DNA of 64,000 bases from the human T2T-CHM13v2.0 reference genome, Homo sapiens. Positions 1 to 16,060 of this stretch are shown here, piece after piece. The notes below the pieces were generated by a model that was not told the DNA's origin, searched no databases, and was given only the letters and a program-made list of their open reading frames with translations. The DNA is taken from NCBI RefSeq assembly GCF_009914755.1, contig NC_060939.1; one strand, written 5' to 3'. The position numbers were made by a program, and so were the translations under genes. Each line of letters begins with the position of its first letter. Positions within the stretch are counted from its first letter, which is position 1.

Positions 1-812
1 CTGGAATCTCTTGCCCCTCCCAGCCACCTCCTCCCAGCCCCCCAGGAGCTGGGCACGTGTCCCAAGCCTGTCAGTGGCCCTCCCTGGTGCACTGTCCCGA
101 AACCCCTGCTTGGGAAGGGAAGCCGTCAGGTGGGCGAGGACTGAGCCTCGGTGTTTTTTTGGGTGGTGGCTGGAAACAGCCCCTCTCCCACGTGGCAGAG
201 GCTCAGCCTGGCTCCCTTCCCTGGAGCGGCAGGGTGTGACGGCCACAGGGTCTGCCCGCTGCATGTTCTGCCAGGGTGGTGGTGGCGGGGGGGTAGGGGT
301 GTGGGGGCCGTCTTCCTCCTCTTTCCTTTCACCCTAGCCTGACCGGAAGCAGAAAATGACCAAATCGGTATTTTTTTTTAATGAAATATTATTGCTGGAG
401 GCGTCCCAGGCAAGCCTGGCTGTAGTAGTGAGTGATGTGGGTGGGGCGTCTCAGCACCCTCCCCAGGGGGTGCATCTCAGCCCCCTCTTTCCGTCCTTCC
501 GGTCCAGCCCCAGCCCTGGGCCTGGGCTGCGGATGCCTGGGCCAGAGCCCCCGCTGTGATTGGTGCTTCCTGGGCCTCCTGGGTGGATGAAGCCAGGCGT
601 CGCCCCCTCGGGGAGCCCTGGGGTGAGCCGCCAGGGCCCCCCTGCTGCCAGTCTCCCCCGTCCCGTCCCCGACATGCATCTCACTCTGGGTGTCCTGGTC
701 TTTTATTTTTTGTAAGTGTCATTTGTATAACTCCAAACGCCCATGATAGTAGCTTCAAACTGGAAATAGTGAAATAAAATAACTCAGTCTGCAGCTCCCC
801 CCCCCAAAAAAA
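1..812 (+). pseudogene. FSCN1P1: 3' UTR end of a fascin-1 processed pseudogene (FSCN1P1-like); its 5' part lies outside the window
   Basis: GC-rich block matching my recollection of the FSCN1 3' UTR (…GCTTCAAACTGGAAATAG.GAAATAAAATAACTCAGTCTGC). AATAAA at ~773 and a short A-run at ~806-812, then an abrupt switch to AT-rich DNA. Confidence 0.75.
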
Positions 813-3479
813 CTTTTTGTCCATTTTTTACCTATTCCATTTGACATTGGTCTCATATGATATCATGATATAAAGGAAAATGACCCCGCAATGATATGAT
901 TCATAATTCCACTATAAATTTCCTTGATGCTTTGAGAGTGTGATTGATTTATTTTGCCCCCTTCCTTTTTTTTTTTTTTTTAACTATAAAGCAGGTACCT
1001 GTACAATAATGCCATTTTTTTAAACTCCAAATAAATAGAAACAGCTATAGGACTAAAGTTTCTAATATGAATCTTATAGTTTACTTAGCACATGCTTTAA
1101 TAAAGTTACCTCTTCAGGAAACTAGAATATTGTGTCTGGTGTAAGACTAGATGTTTTGTCAAAAGCATATGTAATATTCATATAGCGGAGCTTTGGCTTT
1201 ATGCCATGAACAAGCAGGAGGTGTTTTTGGAACTGACCTGTTGATTTTCACACGTTATTTATTAGAAATGACTGCTGCCATTCCCACATAGTCCTAAGTG
1301 TAAACATTTACCATATGTATGTGGCTTCAAGATTATTTTGTTGTTCACAAAATCACCTATGTCCTCCCATCAAAACACTATCCTCATCTTAAAAGTAAAT
1401 GGCACTATTTTATTCAATGATTTACATTTTGGAATCCTAACCAGATATTTTTTTCCTTAAATTTCAAGCACTGCATTACTTCCAAAGACATGCTATGGGT
1501 ATGTGGAAATTATATCAAACATGAGTAAATTTTGTTGACCAAGACTGCAGAAATAACAATACCATCACATAAATATATGAATACAGATGTTGATGGTTGG
1601 TGAAAATTACCCCCAAATAGCCAATGCCACGAGTATATTTTGAATAGCTAGTTTGATTTTTATTAACATTATACTAAGGTTATTTCTAAGCCTGCAGACA
1701 AAATTTATAGAATATACTACTCAGATACTTGAGAATGTACTACTTAAATATTTGGATATTTTTATTCCAAATATATCTCCACTGTGATTTTTTAGGAGAT
1801 ACAATTGCCATCACAGTAAGATATTGCTGATTCCAATGAAATTTTTAATTAACTAGAAAAATCAAAGAATGCAATTCTTTTTCAAGATTTCTTCAAATAA
1901 AGAAACAAGCAAAATTAGGCTGTGGTGCTGTGAATAACACCAAGAAGTATGGAGTCAGGCAAGCCTCAGGTTCAGTCACAGTTCTACTGTTAAGTAGATA
2001 ATTCTAAGGGTGCGTCTCTGTGTCTTAGGTTTGTGGAGACCTACAGCAGCGTTCCACAGACCAACACTGAGCCTACCCCACGACTATTCAACCTGACCAT
2101 TATTGGGTAGCTTTCATCTAACCAGTTAGAAAGAAAACATCTATGAAAACTATTTACTAAAGAATTATATATTTTAATTAAGGGTACTGAGCACGGTCAA
2201 GTTAGAGAACAATAGAGTAGAAAACTTCTATTCAAATATAATTGAGACCAGTTTTTTGATAGTTAATCTAAAAAGTGAGTTAAGGAGGAGGATCATGGGG
2301 TTAAAAAAAACCAGAAATGTAAATTATTTGGCCAATATTTTGATATAAGTCCAGGACCCTTTGATTATTACTCTACTAACTGGAGTTTCTATACATTGTC
2401 TTCTTTGTATAAATTAGGATCATAAGAAGTCAATTATAATTCTAAATTTTTACTTGTTTAAAGTAGAACAAAAAAAGTAATTGAAGTGCAAAAACCTTTT
2501 AGCTTATTAAATTTTTGCTATTCTGATTATTCTAATTTTATAATTTTTTCTTAAAAATTTACATTGCTTAGCCCTCCTAGTAATCAGCTTAGCTTTTTCT
2601 AATCTTTTCAAGACCCAGATATTTTTACATAAATAGCACCACTCTATTATAATCACATCCCTGATTTTATTTATGTCACAAAAGACCAACTTGAATACAA
2701 CCTAAATAAACTGTCTGGTAGATAAGTTAACAACATAACGTCAATTTGAGGCAACAGACTTACATAGGCATAATAGAAAACACACTGTTATTTTACAGGG
2801 AGAATGTACAGTGTCCGTTCATTCAACAAGTTAGTTAAACACAACTCAACTAAAACAATGTCATTGAAAAGTAGCAAATTCTGTTTTTGCTCCATGGACT
2901 TACAGCCAATGAGTCCTGAGAAAGAAGAGAGAATTTAAAGAGCTTCATTGGCAGGTGAATCTGTACTTGGCCTTTTAGCTTAGAGACTGAAGCTCCATAT
3001 TCAAAGCAGAAGAATAGTGAGACATCCCATATGAAGAAAGAAATCAGAACAGACATGCAGGGGCAAAAGTAGCCATGGTCTGCGTCCTGGCTCAGGAGGA
3101 CAGTATGTGTTGAAGAGCAAAGCCTAGAATGGGCTGATGCCTGTAACCTCACCCCATCTCATTGCTTTATCTACTCACACTGCTTGCCCAGAAAATCTGG
3201 TGCCCCACAGTGAGAACAGGAACTGGGCATCCCAGCTAATCTTCAGCTGGGTGGGTCTCATAGGGTTGTCAGATTTGAAAAAAATAACAATAGGCTTTGA
3301 AGAAAAAGACTTGGAGATGAAGCAGAATGCTCTTGCCAAAGCTTCCCTCAATTGACATAAGAGGAACAAATTTATTTCCCAAATTAGTTATAGTATAATT
3401 TACCAGGTATCCAAATAAATTTGTTTAGACACTAAGAGTTTTCCCCTCGAATAATGCCTGACCATAATTTTACATATAA

Positions 3480-4540
3480 TTCCTTTATTCAACAAATGCT
3501 CAAAGTATGTTTGTTTTATACCAAACACTTTTAAGGAATTAGGAATACCATTGTGAATAAAATAGACAATCTCTACTAAATGCTTAGTTATGATGGAAGG
3601 CAAACAAATACATAAAATAAGTAAGAAATACAGTTTTATGCCTCATGATGTCAGATGATAGTAAGTGCTGTGTCCCCAAAACACTTACTCATTTTCTCAA
3701 ACTATTATAAAACAGGGACGGTGCATAAAGAGTGCTGGACATGGGACTGAAGATTCTGTTTTAAATATGGTTGCCAGGGAAGTCCTCACTGTGTAAGAAC
3801 ATTCCATCGAGGACTTGAAGGAGATGAGGGAAGTCATCAAGAGGATGGGAAAAAGAACACTCCCAGTAATAGGACCAGCAAATGCAAAGACCAGAGGAGA
3901 AAGACATCTGCTTTGTTTAAGGGACAGCAAATAGGTCTCCCTGCTACAGCAGAGTAAATAGAGTGGAAATGGTAGAAGAGTTTTTAGTTGTAAGGCAAGA
4001 AGGGGACCAACCATGGAGAGTCTTAGATGTCATTGTGGAGATTTCTATTTTACTGGAGGTGAAATGGAAGCCACTGAAGACACTTGAAATGGAGGCTGAT
4101 ATGGTTCACAGCTTTAATAGTCTGCTGTCTGCTGAGATAAGAATTGACTATAGGACAAAGGGTAGATTTAGGTAGTGAGATGTTATTGCAGTCACCTAGG
4201 AAAGAGATAGGATGATTTGAACTAGAGTGGTACTGGTAAGAGGTGGTCGTATTTTGAAAATATCTTTGAAGTAGAGTTGACAGGATTTGGTGATGAATTT
4301 GACATGGAATGTGAGTCAAATTTCATAGCCTGAGCCAAACATCCCTATTTAATTAGGTTGAATATAATGGAAAAGGTGGGGGGAAATGGATTAAGAAAAG
4401 AAAGAAGTTTGTTGTGGGAAACAGTAAGGTGAAGAAACCAGCAGAGATGTTAGATATCTAAATCTGAGTTCAGGAGTTTTGAATGCATAGAAAATTTGAT
4501 CATTAGCATGGGGCTGGTATTTGAAGCCATGAGACTGGAC
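3480..4540 (-). mobile_element. Degraded L2 LINE fragment
   Basis: Starts with TTTATTCAACAAATG (reverse complement of the L2 3' tail), followed by purine-rich L2-like body. Boundaries approximate. Confidence 0.55.
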
Positions 4541-6169
4541 AAGGTCATTTTAGTTTAGTGTATTTCCACAGATTATATTTCAAGCATCGTGCTAGGTACT
4601 TTAACGTTTGGCCATTTTAAAAGCCCCTTGGTAAATTTCACAGGAATCAGGATTTGACTGACCTGTTTTTCTCAGATGTCTGACCTCAGTCGGATGCATG
4701 ATTTTATTATATTTAATTCCCTATAAAATTCCAAAATATCAAAATAAGACCTATATTTATTAGCAGGATTTTTCAGGTACAATATTCCTACTCAGATAGA
4801 ACTATATCACTTAATTTCACAGAAATATCCTTCCCTGGGGTGATGATACTATTATATCACCAATCATGAAGTCATGCTGACTTGCAGGCAACAATGGAGC
4901 TCACATTTAGATCTAAGCTAATTTGCATGACTTACTTAAATTATGAAAAGACACACTTTTAGAGAGCAGGCAGATTTTGTTAATTCTGAATTATGTCAAA
5001 GTATCACTTAATAATTCTCAAGGGCCCAACTCTGGCGAAACCGGATGCTGCAGCGTATGTGTTTCCTATTCCCTTCCAACTTTTTTCATCATGATTCATC
5101 AGCGAATGCTATGAAGTCTAGAAATTTAATTAATGGATATCAGGGCCATTGGACCATGCATTTACACAAATTGCTCTGTGAAGAAGGAACATTCACTCTC
5201 TCTCTCTCTCTCTCTCTCCCCAATGTTTTGTCCCCCTCTTTCTCTTTCAAGAGCAGAACATTTTAGTGACCTCCAGTTAACTGTCTGAACTAAGCAGCCA
5301 TCTCTTAGGTAATAATGCATTGCTAACAAACCTCAGCATAGACAGTAACGCTACCACTAAAGCTTCTGTTCATGTTGTTCTAGGGCTAATAAAATGGTAC
5401 ATTGTATTCTAGCTCTGAGGAAATTTGAGATTGTCTCATATTTTCTCAGTTAAACCAGATAATAATTAATTATGGGGAAGGGAGAGGAATTGCTGTGGCA
5501 GAGCCAGCGTGAGACATAATTTCTATTTATTCTCAATGTATTATCTGTTTTCTCCCTAGAGGCTTCCTTTTGTTACTCTTATATCAAAATCCCACTTAAT
5601 TTTCCTGCCATCTCAACTCAAAAATCATACCTACAAAAGAGCTAAAGTGTTCATCTTTTTGCTTTTGCACAAACTCTGTGCCAGCTATGAGAGTGTAAGC
5701 TTTATAGTTATATATAGATGTTTTTATTTATAATCTTTCTCCTGCAAGAAAGGATTAAAGTGAAGCAAAAAGAACATGTAATAAGATGAATAATGAATAG
5801 AAAAATAATTTGCTCTTAAGACAAAGTAAAGGAAACTATAAAAGGGAGATGACTAGAACTATTTAGCAAGAAGAGACCTCGTTCTTTCCATCAAATAGTG
5901 TGGTGTAATTTGCACAATGCACCCAATGGTTAATGAATACATATTTGTTGAGGATAGCATTAATAAATAGATGACCAAAGAAAAACTAATACAAAAGATT
6001 TTTACCCTTCAGGAAGTAACTATTAGGTAGGTATTGTAAATTCTAACTTTAAAAGATAGAGGAAAAGATATATTGAGCTGACCCATAAATACAACAGGAA
6101 GACACAGAGTAACAATTACTGCAGGTGAATTTCAGCTCTCAGTCTATCTACCAACCAGTGTCACCAGGA

Positions 6170-7365
6170 ACCTTCTTCAGACTCATGTATCCAACTGCTT
6201 ATTTATCTTTTGCACCTGGATATCCCTCAGCTACCTCCATTTAATTCATCTTCTTCCTCCAAACTGGTCAGCATCCAAGCAGATCCAGAGAACTGTGAGG
6301 AGCTATTCTAGTCTCTGCCCTCTCCCCCGTTGCTGATCCAGTTAAGAGGGCCAAAGAATATAGTTGAGAGGACACCAGCTCTGTATCTAGTAGCATTTAG
6401 TTTTAATCTCATCCCTTAACTTGAAATTGGCATGGCCTTCAGTAAGTGATTTAACTCCTCTGGATATCAATTGATAAAATGTGAAAAAATTTCCAAAATT
6501 AATTGCAGTGAGTATTAAAATAGCATGTTTTGTACATCATGATCTCTCAATAAACAATTGCAGTATTATTCAAATTGGCACACAGGCCTATCACTGCTCC
6601 TTCCTTTTAGATTTTTTTTCCTTCTGTTTTTGCCTCTGAATGCCCCAAGCCAATCTCCCTTCCTCTATCACCTTTTTAGGAAATCCATCCCCACCCCACT
6701 CACCCCACCACTCCTCACACTCCTTTCTCTCCTACCCTGGCCTCCACCATAGCTCCTCCATTCCCACCTGTAATCCAGCCTCTGCACCACTATCAGCGCT
6801 GCGCTTCTGAAATGCAAATCTCATCATGTTGCACCTTATAACATCTTTGAATGACTCCTACTTGTCTCATGATGAATTCTAAGCTCCTTAGTTTTAGGTT
6901 GACCATGACCTTTTTTGATCTGACCCTGTCCATCTCTCCCTCCTAATTCTCATTTCTCTCCACCAAATACTCCACCCTTCGTACTGAACAATGTGGCTCT
7001 ACTGTCATCTCTTCATACTTATATTTTTTCCTTGATCCTTAACTTTGTTCACAATGTTCCTGCCATCTGGAATAGCATTTTCCCTGTTGGCCTGGAAAAT
7101 TTGACTATTCCTTTGCGATGGAATTCAGTCTTCACTTCCCCATGAGTGACCTTCTTAGGACAAATTGACAGTATCTTATATTGTAGTCCCACAGTCCATT
7201 AGGCAGTCTTCAAGTGTCCAATAGGAGAGTGCATGATATTAGTTGTTTATATGCCTATTTCTCCCACTGGCTTTGAGAAACTTCAGGGATTGTTGTAACC
7301 ATTTGTATCCCCAGTGTCTAGCATAGCGTGCATCTATTTGTGTTTTGAATGAGTGAGTGAATTAA
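6170..7365 (+). mobile_element. Degraded L2 LINE fragments (with MIR-like piece)
   Basis: Pyrimidine-rich L2-like body ending in …CCAGTGTCTAGCATAG…TGTTTTGAATGAGTGAGTGAA, the typical L2 3' end. Confidence 0.55.
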
Positions 7366-9049
7366 CGAGTGATGAGAAAGCCATGACCTATGTTTGTCTC
7401 TACCAATCTTAAATGAGATTATAAACAGACTGATTCAACTGAAGATTGCAGGTCCTATTCCTTTTGCAGTTGTTATTGTACATGTTAGCAAAAAGCTTCA
7501 GCCTTTCCAAAAATTTCTTCAGTGGTAGCAATAAATTCATTGTCTTCTGGGAGCAACACTGTGCTCCCTCTCTCTCTGTCTCTCTCTCCCTGATTTGCCT
7601 ATTGCTACTTTGAAGAGTATGTGTTTATGACTTTATAATTTGCTACAGCGCATGTAATAGGAGCCCTTCTATTTCTTCAGAAGTGGTTATAAGAAATATT
7701 CACACTTGCTTATGTTTTGTGAACATCTATATCTGGTGGAGCACATGTTATTATAATCTTATTTTAAGCGGAAATATAGATTAAAGGATTTTCTCTTACT
7801 GTTCTTAATGTAATGCTTCTAAATTAGATACACGAAAGTGCTCATCTAGGAGATAATGGAAGCATAAGCAAAACACAGAAAAAGCCTTACCAAGAATGAA
7901 TTATAACCAACAAACAAATGTTAGTTTTATTGCAATAGAATTACTGAATTAGTACATGATGGAACAAAAAATCTATAACAAGTTTAGATGTCAGTAATGT
8001 ATTCGACATGGATTGTATACACTGTACCCACAAAATTCTATCAAATTGTTTCTATTTCAAGAAATTTTCAGTTTATTCATGTTCAACACAAAAGTTAATT
8101 ATACATGAAATATAAACTCAATGCAGAACATTGGCATTGTATTTCCTGGCTTTCTGGGAAGAATGTGGGAGCAGGGTTAATAATGAAATGGAAGAGAAAG
8201 CTCTTCACTCCTCTCCTTGTTCCCAGGATAGGACAAAATACACATGGCCAAGAATGAGGAAAGTAGGACAAAACCCAATATAGTCAAGAAAGTTATGAAC
8301 CTGAGGTATGAGGTAAGATCTGGCCCTGGGAATGTTGACTGACACTGCAATATTTAGTATCTAGACTGGAATGATTAGATATGAAGTGGGTTAACCTGGA
8401 GTCCTTAGAGATGGCGCTATTCCCAGAAAGATAAATGAGATCCAGTCCTAGGACAAAAGGACAAACATCATTGGTCGGAAAAAGAAAAAATGATTTAGAA
8501 AAAAAGAGAAAGAGAAACAAAATGTAGAGGAGAAGAAGAAATCCCAAGGATGGAGACCAAAGGGTTTGCCAACAGTCTGTTCCTTGGGAATGCGAGTTAC
8601 ACCGCAGCCTGGAAGATGATGCTACTTCCAAGCCCATGATTCTGTCTCCATGACTTAGGACACTAGTCACAAAGAAATAGAACACATCTTTCTCCTTCTA
8701 GATCTCATTGTCCATTGAAGAACTGCTACTCATGGCCTGCAAGAGTGAAACTCATTGGTTCTAGGAATGAATGAAATTGGACCTGCTGGAGGCCTTTAAT
8801 TATTATGTGGGCCTCAGAACTGATGAGGATTGATGTGGGTGTTATTTCAATAAAGAGTTATAAACAATTCATATATGAAAAATTTATTTTCTTAATTTAT
8901 AGTTAAATACACTAATATTGTATTTCAATGTTGTTATTCAAATTCAAGACCATGTCAGTTCTTAGACACAATCTCTCACTGTGTATTAATTTCAAAAAGA
9001 CATTGTAGTAACCACAGATATATTTTATATATAGATATAAATTAATAGA

Positions 9050-10050
9050 CATTACTTTTTGAGCTGTTTTATGTTTAGAGGCAAAAATTAGTGAAAGTTA
9101 AAGTGCCTGTCTGTAGACTCTCTCACTCCACCCCCATTTCTCCTATTTTTAACATCTTGTGGTATTTTTAACATTAGTGTGTTACATTTGTTACAAGTGA
9201 TGAGAAAACGTTGATAAATTATTTTTATCTAAAGTTCATAATTATATTAGGGTTCACTCTTTGTGGTGTCCATTTTATGGATTTTAACAGAGATGTACCC
9301 ACCATGACAATGTTACACAGGATTATAGTTTCACTGCCCTAAAAATCCCCTGTGCTCTACCTAGTTATTCCTCCTTTCTTTCCTCCCCAGGAACCCCTGG
9401 AAATGACTGATCTTTTTACTGTCTCCACAGTTTTGCCTTTTTCAAAATGTCATATACTTGCAACCACATAGTGTGTAGGCTTTCATATTGGCTTCTTTCA
9501 CTCAGTAATATGCATTTAAAGTTCTTCCATGACTTTTTGTGGCTTGATAGCTCTTTTTTTATATAGAACTGGTTAATATTCCATTGTATGGCTACACCGT
9601 ACAGTGTTAGTCCATTTGCCTATTGAAAGGTCCTTTGGTTGTTTCTGTTTTGGTAATTATGAATAACACTGGTATAAACATTTGTGTGCATGTTTTGTGT
9701 GGGCATAAGTTTTCAACTCATTTGGCAAATACCAATGAGCACAATTATGGAATCATAGGCTAAGAGTGTGCTTAGTGTCATAAGAAACTGCTAAGCTGTC
9801 TTCCAAAGTGGATGTACCATTTTGCATCCCAACTAGCAATGAATAAGTTATTTCTGCTCATTGTTCTTACCAGCACTCAGTTGTGTTGCTATTTTGGATT
9901 CTGGCCATTATAAGAGCTATGTAGTAGCATCTCATTGTTTTGGTTTGCAATTTTCTAATGACATATGATATTGAGTATCTTTTCATGTGCTTATTTATCA
10001 TTAGTAATATGTTGCCATCAGTAACGTTCCTTTCCCTTTCCATTGCCAGT
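9050..10050 (-). mobile_element. Old L1 (L1M-type) 3' fragment
   Basis: Antisense L1 motifs such as TTCCAAAGTGGATGTACCATTTTGCATCCCAAC and TTTGCAATTTTCTAATGAC. Confidence 0.7.
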
Positions 10051-10061
10051 GAGATCCAGCA

Positions 10062-10359
10062 TTTTTTTTTTTTTTTTTGAGACATAGTCTTGCTCTGTCG
10101 CCCATGCTGGAGGGCAGTGGTGCAATCTCACTGCAACCTCCACCTCCCAGGTTCAAGGGATTCTCCCTGCCTCAGCCTCCTGAGTAGCTAGGATTACAGG
10201 CACCTGCCACCACACCTGGCTAATTTTTTTTTTTTTTTTTACTAGAGAGGGGGTTTCACCATGTTGGTAGGGCTGGTCTTGAACTCCTGACCTCAGATGA
10301 TCTGCCCTCCTCAGCCTACCAAAGTGCTGGATTACAGGCATGAGCCACCGCACAAGGCC
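10062..10359 (-). mobile_element. Alu (AluS-like)
   Basis: Poly-T, both arms, flanking TSD AGATCCAG(C/T)ATTT. Confidence 0.95.
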
Positions 10360-11136
10360 AGATCCAGTATTTCTTAATGGAAATGAAAAATTCACCAGTT
10401 ACTGCATTTTTCCCCATATATTTGTAATAAGTTCCGACGTCTGATAAGGCAAGTCCAACCCTCCGCATTTTAAAAAATTAATCAAGTTATTTATTAAAAA
10501 TTAATAGTCTACGCACATTTTAAAATCAATGACCATATTAGATTTACTGGAAAAATAATGTAATTTAATATTAATTTATCACATCCATTAACATGATAAT
10601 TCTCCACTTATTTGGATTTCCTTTAAGATCAATTCCTAAAATTTTCTATATAGATGGTTTTAGGATTTTTTTTTGTAGCTTAACTACAAGATACTTTGTA
10701 GTGTCTCAATTTTTATTACACTTTTACACCTTCAATTCAATTATTGCTGATATGGAAAAACTTTTTTTTCAACATCTATTTTAGATTTAGTGGGTACATA
10801 TGCAGATTTGTTATATGGGATACTACTTGATGCTCAGGTTTGGAGTACAAATGTATCCATTAATCAGATGGTGAGCATAGTATGCAATAGTTACTTTTTC
10901 AACCCTTGTCCTTCTTCCATCCCCCATCTAATAGTCTGTGACTTTGTACTGTTTTCTATTATGAATTGGGGAAAAGCCATTATTATATTAGCTTCAGAAC
11001 AACTAGGTTCAAGTCATGGAAAACAATTTCGCACAAACAACTTTAGGAAACACTGCTTTGAAAACTGTAATCTGAATTATAGCTGAGGCCACAGAAACCA
11101 AATATTTACTGAAGGTTCTTTTAAGAAAAACAAGTT

Positions 11137-11473
<337 letters not shown>

Positions 11474-12099
11474 TCATTAACAGTATATCTCTTCAATAAT
11501 GGTTTATTTTACTATATTCTCATTCCTCTCTTACTGTGTCCCAAATCTCTTTACAGGCTAAAAGAAACTGTTCAGAATTAATCCTATTCATAAAGAACAG
11601 CACTTACTGAGTATTGCATTTTCCTCTTCAAATTCTTCAGCATACATTGGGACTACACCATATGGACCATTTTTACATTTTTACTTTTGGGTTTTTGTTT
11701 TTTTTTTCCTAGAGAAACTGCAACTAGATTTAGGTCCTCATTCTATTAGGTCAGTATTTGTCTAGTAAACTTCAGCTTAAGCAAAATAAAATATGTGTTG
11801 CTTTGAACTGAAACTCCTCAAAACCGTATTTTAAAAATTACAGAAAAAATTAAATGAAATTATTATTTTAAAAATCTTGTAGATGAAAAGATATGATATA
11901 TAGTAAGTTTAAGTACCTATTTCAATGGTTCCCACAGTGGGGCCCTCAGACACCCAGGTCCAAACTATTTTAACAGGAATACTAACATGGCGACATTTGG
12001 TGTAAGGGTGCTAATACAATACCGGGTAAAAATGCGGGCAGTTTAGCACAAATAAAGGCAGTAACACCAAACTACTAGTAATCATAGTATTCTTCACTA

Positions 12100-12420
<321 letters not shown>

Positions 12421-12994
12421 TGTCTATGATGAAGCAGTGAAAATTTTACTACATCTTAATCCTTGAATATGTCTTTTTAATATTTCAAGTGATGAAATTG
12501 GAAGCACACATGAGCATTCCTACAGACTGCCTGAGGAAAAACCCTCATGTGACTAAGTCTTGAAGTGAATTAACCACTTTAATGGAGTATCATTTTTACT
12601 TGAAAGGAGTACTGACAAACAATGTTATTTCAACTGGGGTTTTTGGGAGACATTTTCTCAAAAAATGAGGTTCTGTCATTTCAAGAAAAACAACAGACAG
12701 GCCATAATAAAATTCAATAATAAAACTGCTAATAATAAAATTAAAGCTTCTGAATAAAAAATTAGAATTTTAGAAAATATATCCACCATTGCTTTCCAAA
12801 AGTATTCTGCTGAGATTGATGGTGATATTGATGAATGTATTTTGATACTGTATAATCAAATGTATCAACATGTAGAAGATCTCGGTGAACCATTATTTTC
12901 TAAATGACCAATGCATGATGTTATAATATCATGCAAGGGTAAAAGATCCAAAGTTCAAGAAAAACCAAGTTTTGATGGAGTATCAAAAAAGAAG

Positions 12995-13208
12995 CCTAGG
13001 CAACATGGCAAAATCCTGTCCCTACGAAAAAAAAAAATACAAAAAATTAGCCAGGTGTGGTGATACACACCTGTAGTCCCAACTACTCTGGAGGCTGAGG
13101 TGGGAGGATCACCTAAGTCCCCAGAGACTGAGGCTGCAGTGAGCTGTGATCACACCACTGCATTCCAGTCTGGGCGACAGAGCAAGACCCCATCTCAAAA
13201 AACAAAAT
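12995..13208 (+). mobile_element. Alu, 5'-truncated (AluJ-like)
   Basis: Middle A-linker and right arm present. Confidence 0.85.
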
Positions 13209-14021
13209 TTATATATATATATAAATATATAAATATATATATATCCACAATGATCTAAAATGGCTATCTGTATGAGATTGGACATTGTTCACATTTCTTC
13301 AAGGAAATATCACACAATAAATTGAATGCAGATGAAAATGACATACCAGACATCAAGGAAATTTGCAAAAAATATAAGATTGTGCTACTTTGGGTTTAGA
13401 AATTTTTTCATAAAAACATTTATAACAATACGTGGTGAGCTTTTAAAGAATAGTTTAAATATTTCTGATTTAATTTCTAATGATAAATACCAGTAGATAT
13501 AACCTACATAAACCAAAGCTCCTTGGGCCCTCAATATATTTTTAAGAATGTAAAGGAGTCCTGATTCCAAAACTTTGAGAACTGCTGCCTTCCCCTCCAC
13601 TTTCCTGCCTTCCCTAGAATTTCTTCCTTGGAAGGAACATCCCTTTGCCATTTTAACTTACAGAGTTCCATTCAGGCCAGTTTTGCTACCTCCCTCCCAT
13701 CTTTCCACCTCCCTGTCTTGACACAAAATCTGACCAAAGGACTCTACCAGCCCACCCCATTTCCAGTGCTTAGCTGTCAAGGTGGGCTAAGCCAAGAAAA
13801 TCTGGGTTTTCTCTGAGACTAGACCTCTTTTTCTGGGAGATCTGGAATCACAGGGACAAGGTTGGCCACCTTGGGATAGTCAGAATTCATCTTGCCTCAA
13901 AGGGGAGAGGTTAGGCAAGTTTCTACAAAGCCAAACTGCTTCCTAGAAAGTCAAAGATAATTATACTTTGTGCCACAACTGTGAGAATGCCCATTTTATT
14001 GCACACTTTCTAACATTTTTA

Positions 14022-14358
<337 letters not shown>

Positions 14359-15530
14359 GTTCCATACAATATAATTTGTTCCATCTCTAGAAACCAATTC
14401 AGCAATGAGAACTGAAAGCCACCACTTGGAAGGTTTCAAGGATTTAGCTCTACCTAATGACGTCTAAAGCATTAGTTAAGGTAGAAAAAAATACACACAC
14501 ACACACACCCCTATGTATTTAGTACCAGGAAACATGATGGACTAGATGGTATAGTCATCCAACAGAAAACACACAATAACTGAAGCCACTGTAGAGGAGT
14601 AAGTTATGATGTGGATCTACAATATTGTTGAGTGAAAAAGCAGATTACAAAAAAATCTGATTTTTCAAGGGAGAGGGAACACATACAAGCACAGGAGAAA
14701 AGAGATGAGCAGATGACTGGAAAAATACAAAATTCTGATAGTGGTACCTTCTGAGTGGGAGAATTATCGGTAACATTTTCTAGTTTTGCCTAAACATTTT
14801 CTAAATTTCTTAAAATAAGGCTTTGTTATCCATATTATAAAATATCCACCTCCTCAGGAAACTTAACCTTCAGCACAAATGCTACAACATGTTCAAAGTT
14901 TGTTCAGTTTAAGAGACAATCTATTTTGAAAGACATCTAAAATGACGACCAATATTTAAACCTATGCATTAATATTTTTCAATCATATGCTTTAAATTTT
15001 GTAATTTTGTTAAGGTTAAGCTTTATATCCATCTGGAAAAAAGTTTTCTATTTGTCTTTAAAATATGACCTACAATATACCAGTTTTTAAACAATGAATG
15101 GTGCTCAAAAATTGCAATATAAATTCAGGCAGTGTTCCTTACATAGAATGTTTAAAGGCTTCTAACACTGCTCTTCTTCACCGGTTATGAAAACACATTA
15201 CCATTATCTAAGCATCTAATTATTCAGGTCCTTTGTTTCTCCTCTATTCTATTAATTTTATAGTAATTTTAAGGCCTGTGAGGATGAAGTTGTCTGTGAC
15301 AGCTACCACAAAGGTTACTATAAGTGGACAAATTTCAAACAAGTTTATCACCACTACCATCCCCACCATAAAACTGTCTTAATCAAGGGCAACACATTTC
15401 AAGGTTAACCAAGACAACCTCTTTACCTGTCACTGCTTAAGAAAAGGACTTTTTGGTCTTATTTAGAAATAACTTTCTCTATCTATTTTTCTCCATAAAT
15501 CCACTGAGATCAATGTATGGCTCTATCTCA

Positions 15531-15974
<444 letters not shown>

Positions 15975-16060
15975 AAGTTCAGACATACAGCAGTTGTAAT
16001 TCTAAGTTCAGACATACAGCAGTTGTAATTCTAAGTTCAGACATACAGCAGTTGTAATTC
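15975..16060. repeat. 29-bp tandem repeat, 3 copies
   Basis: AAGTTCAGACATACAGCAGTTGTAATTC(T) at 15975, 16004 and 16033. Confidence 0.95.

Noticed and set aside
813-9000. AT-rich region with short ORFs
   Set aside because: No recognisable exons; mostly old repeats and intergenic DNA.
15975-16060. CRISPR-like 29-bp repeats
   Set aside because: No spacers and a eukaryotic context; a plain tandem duplication.
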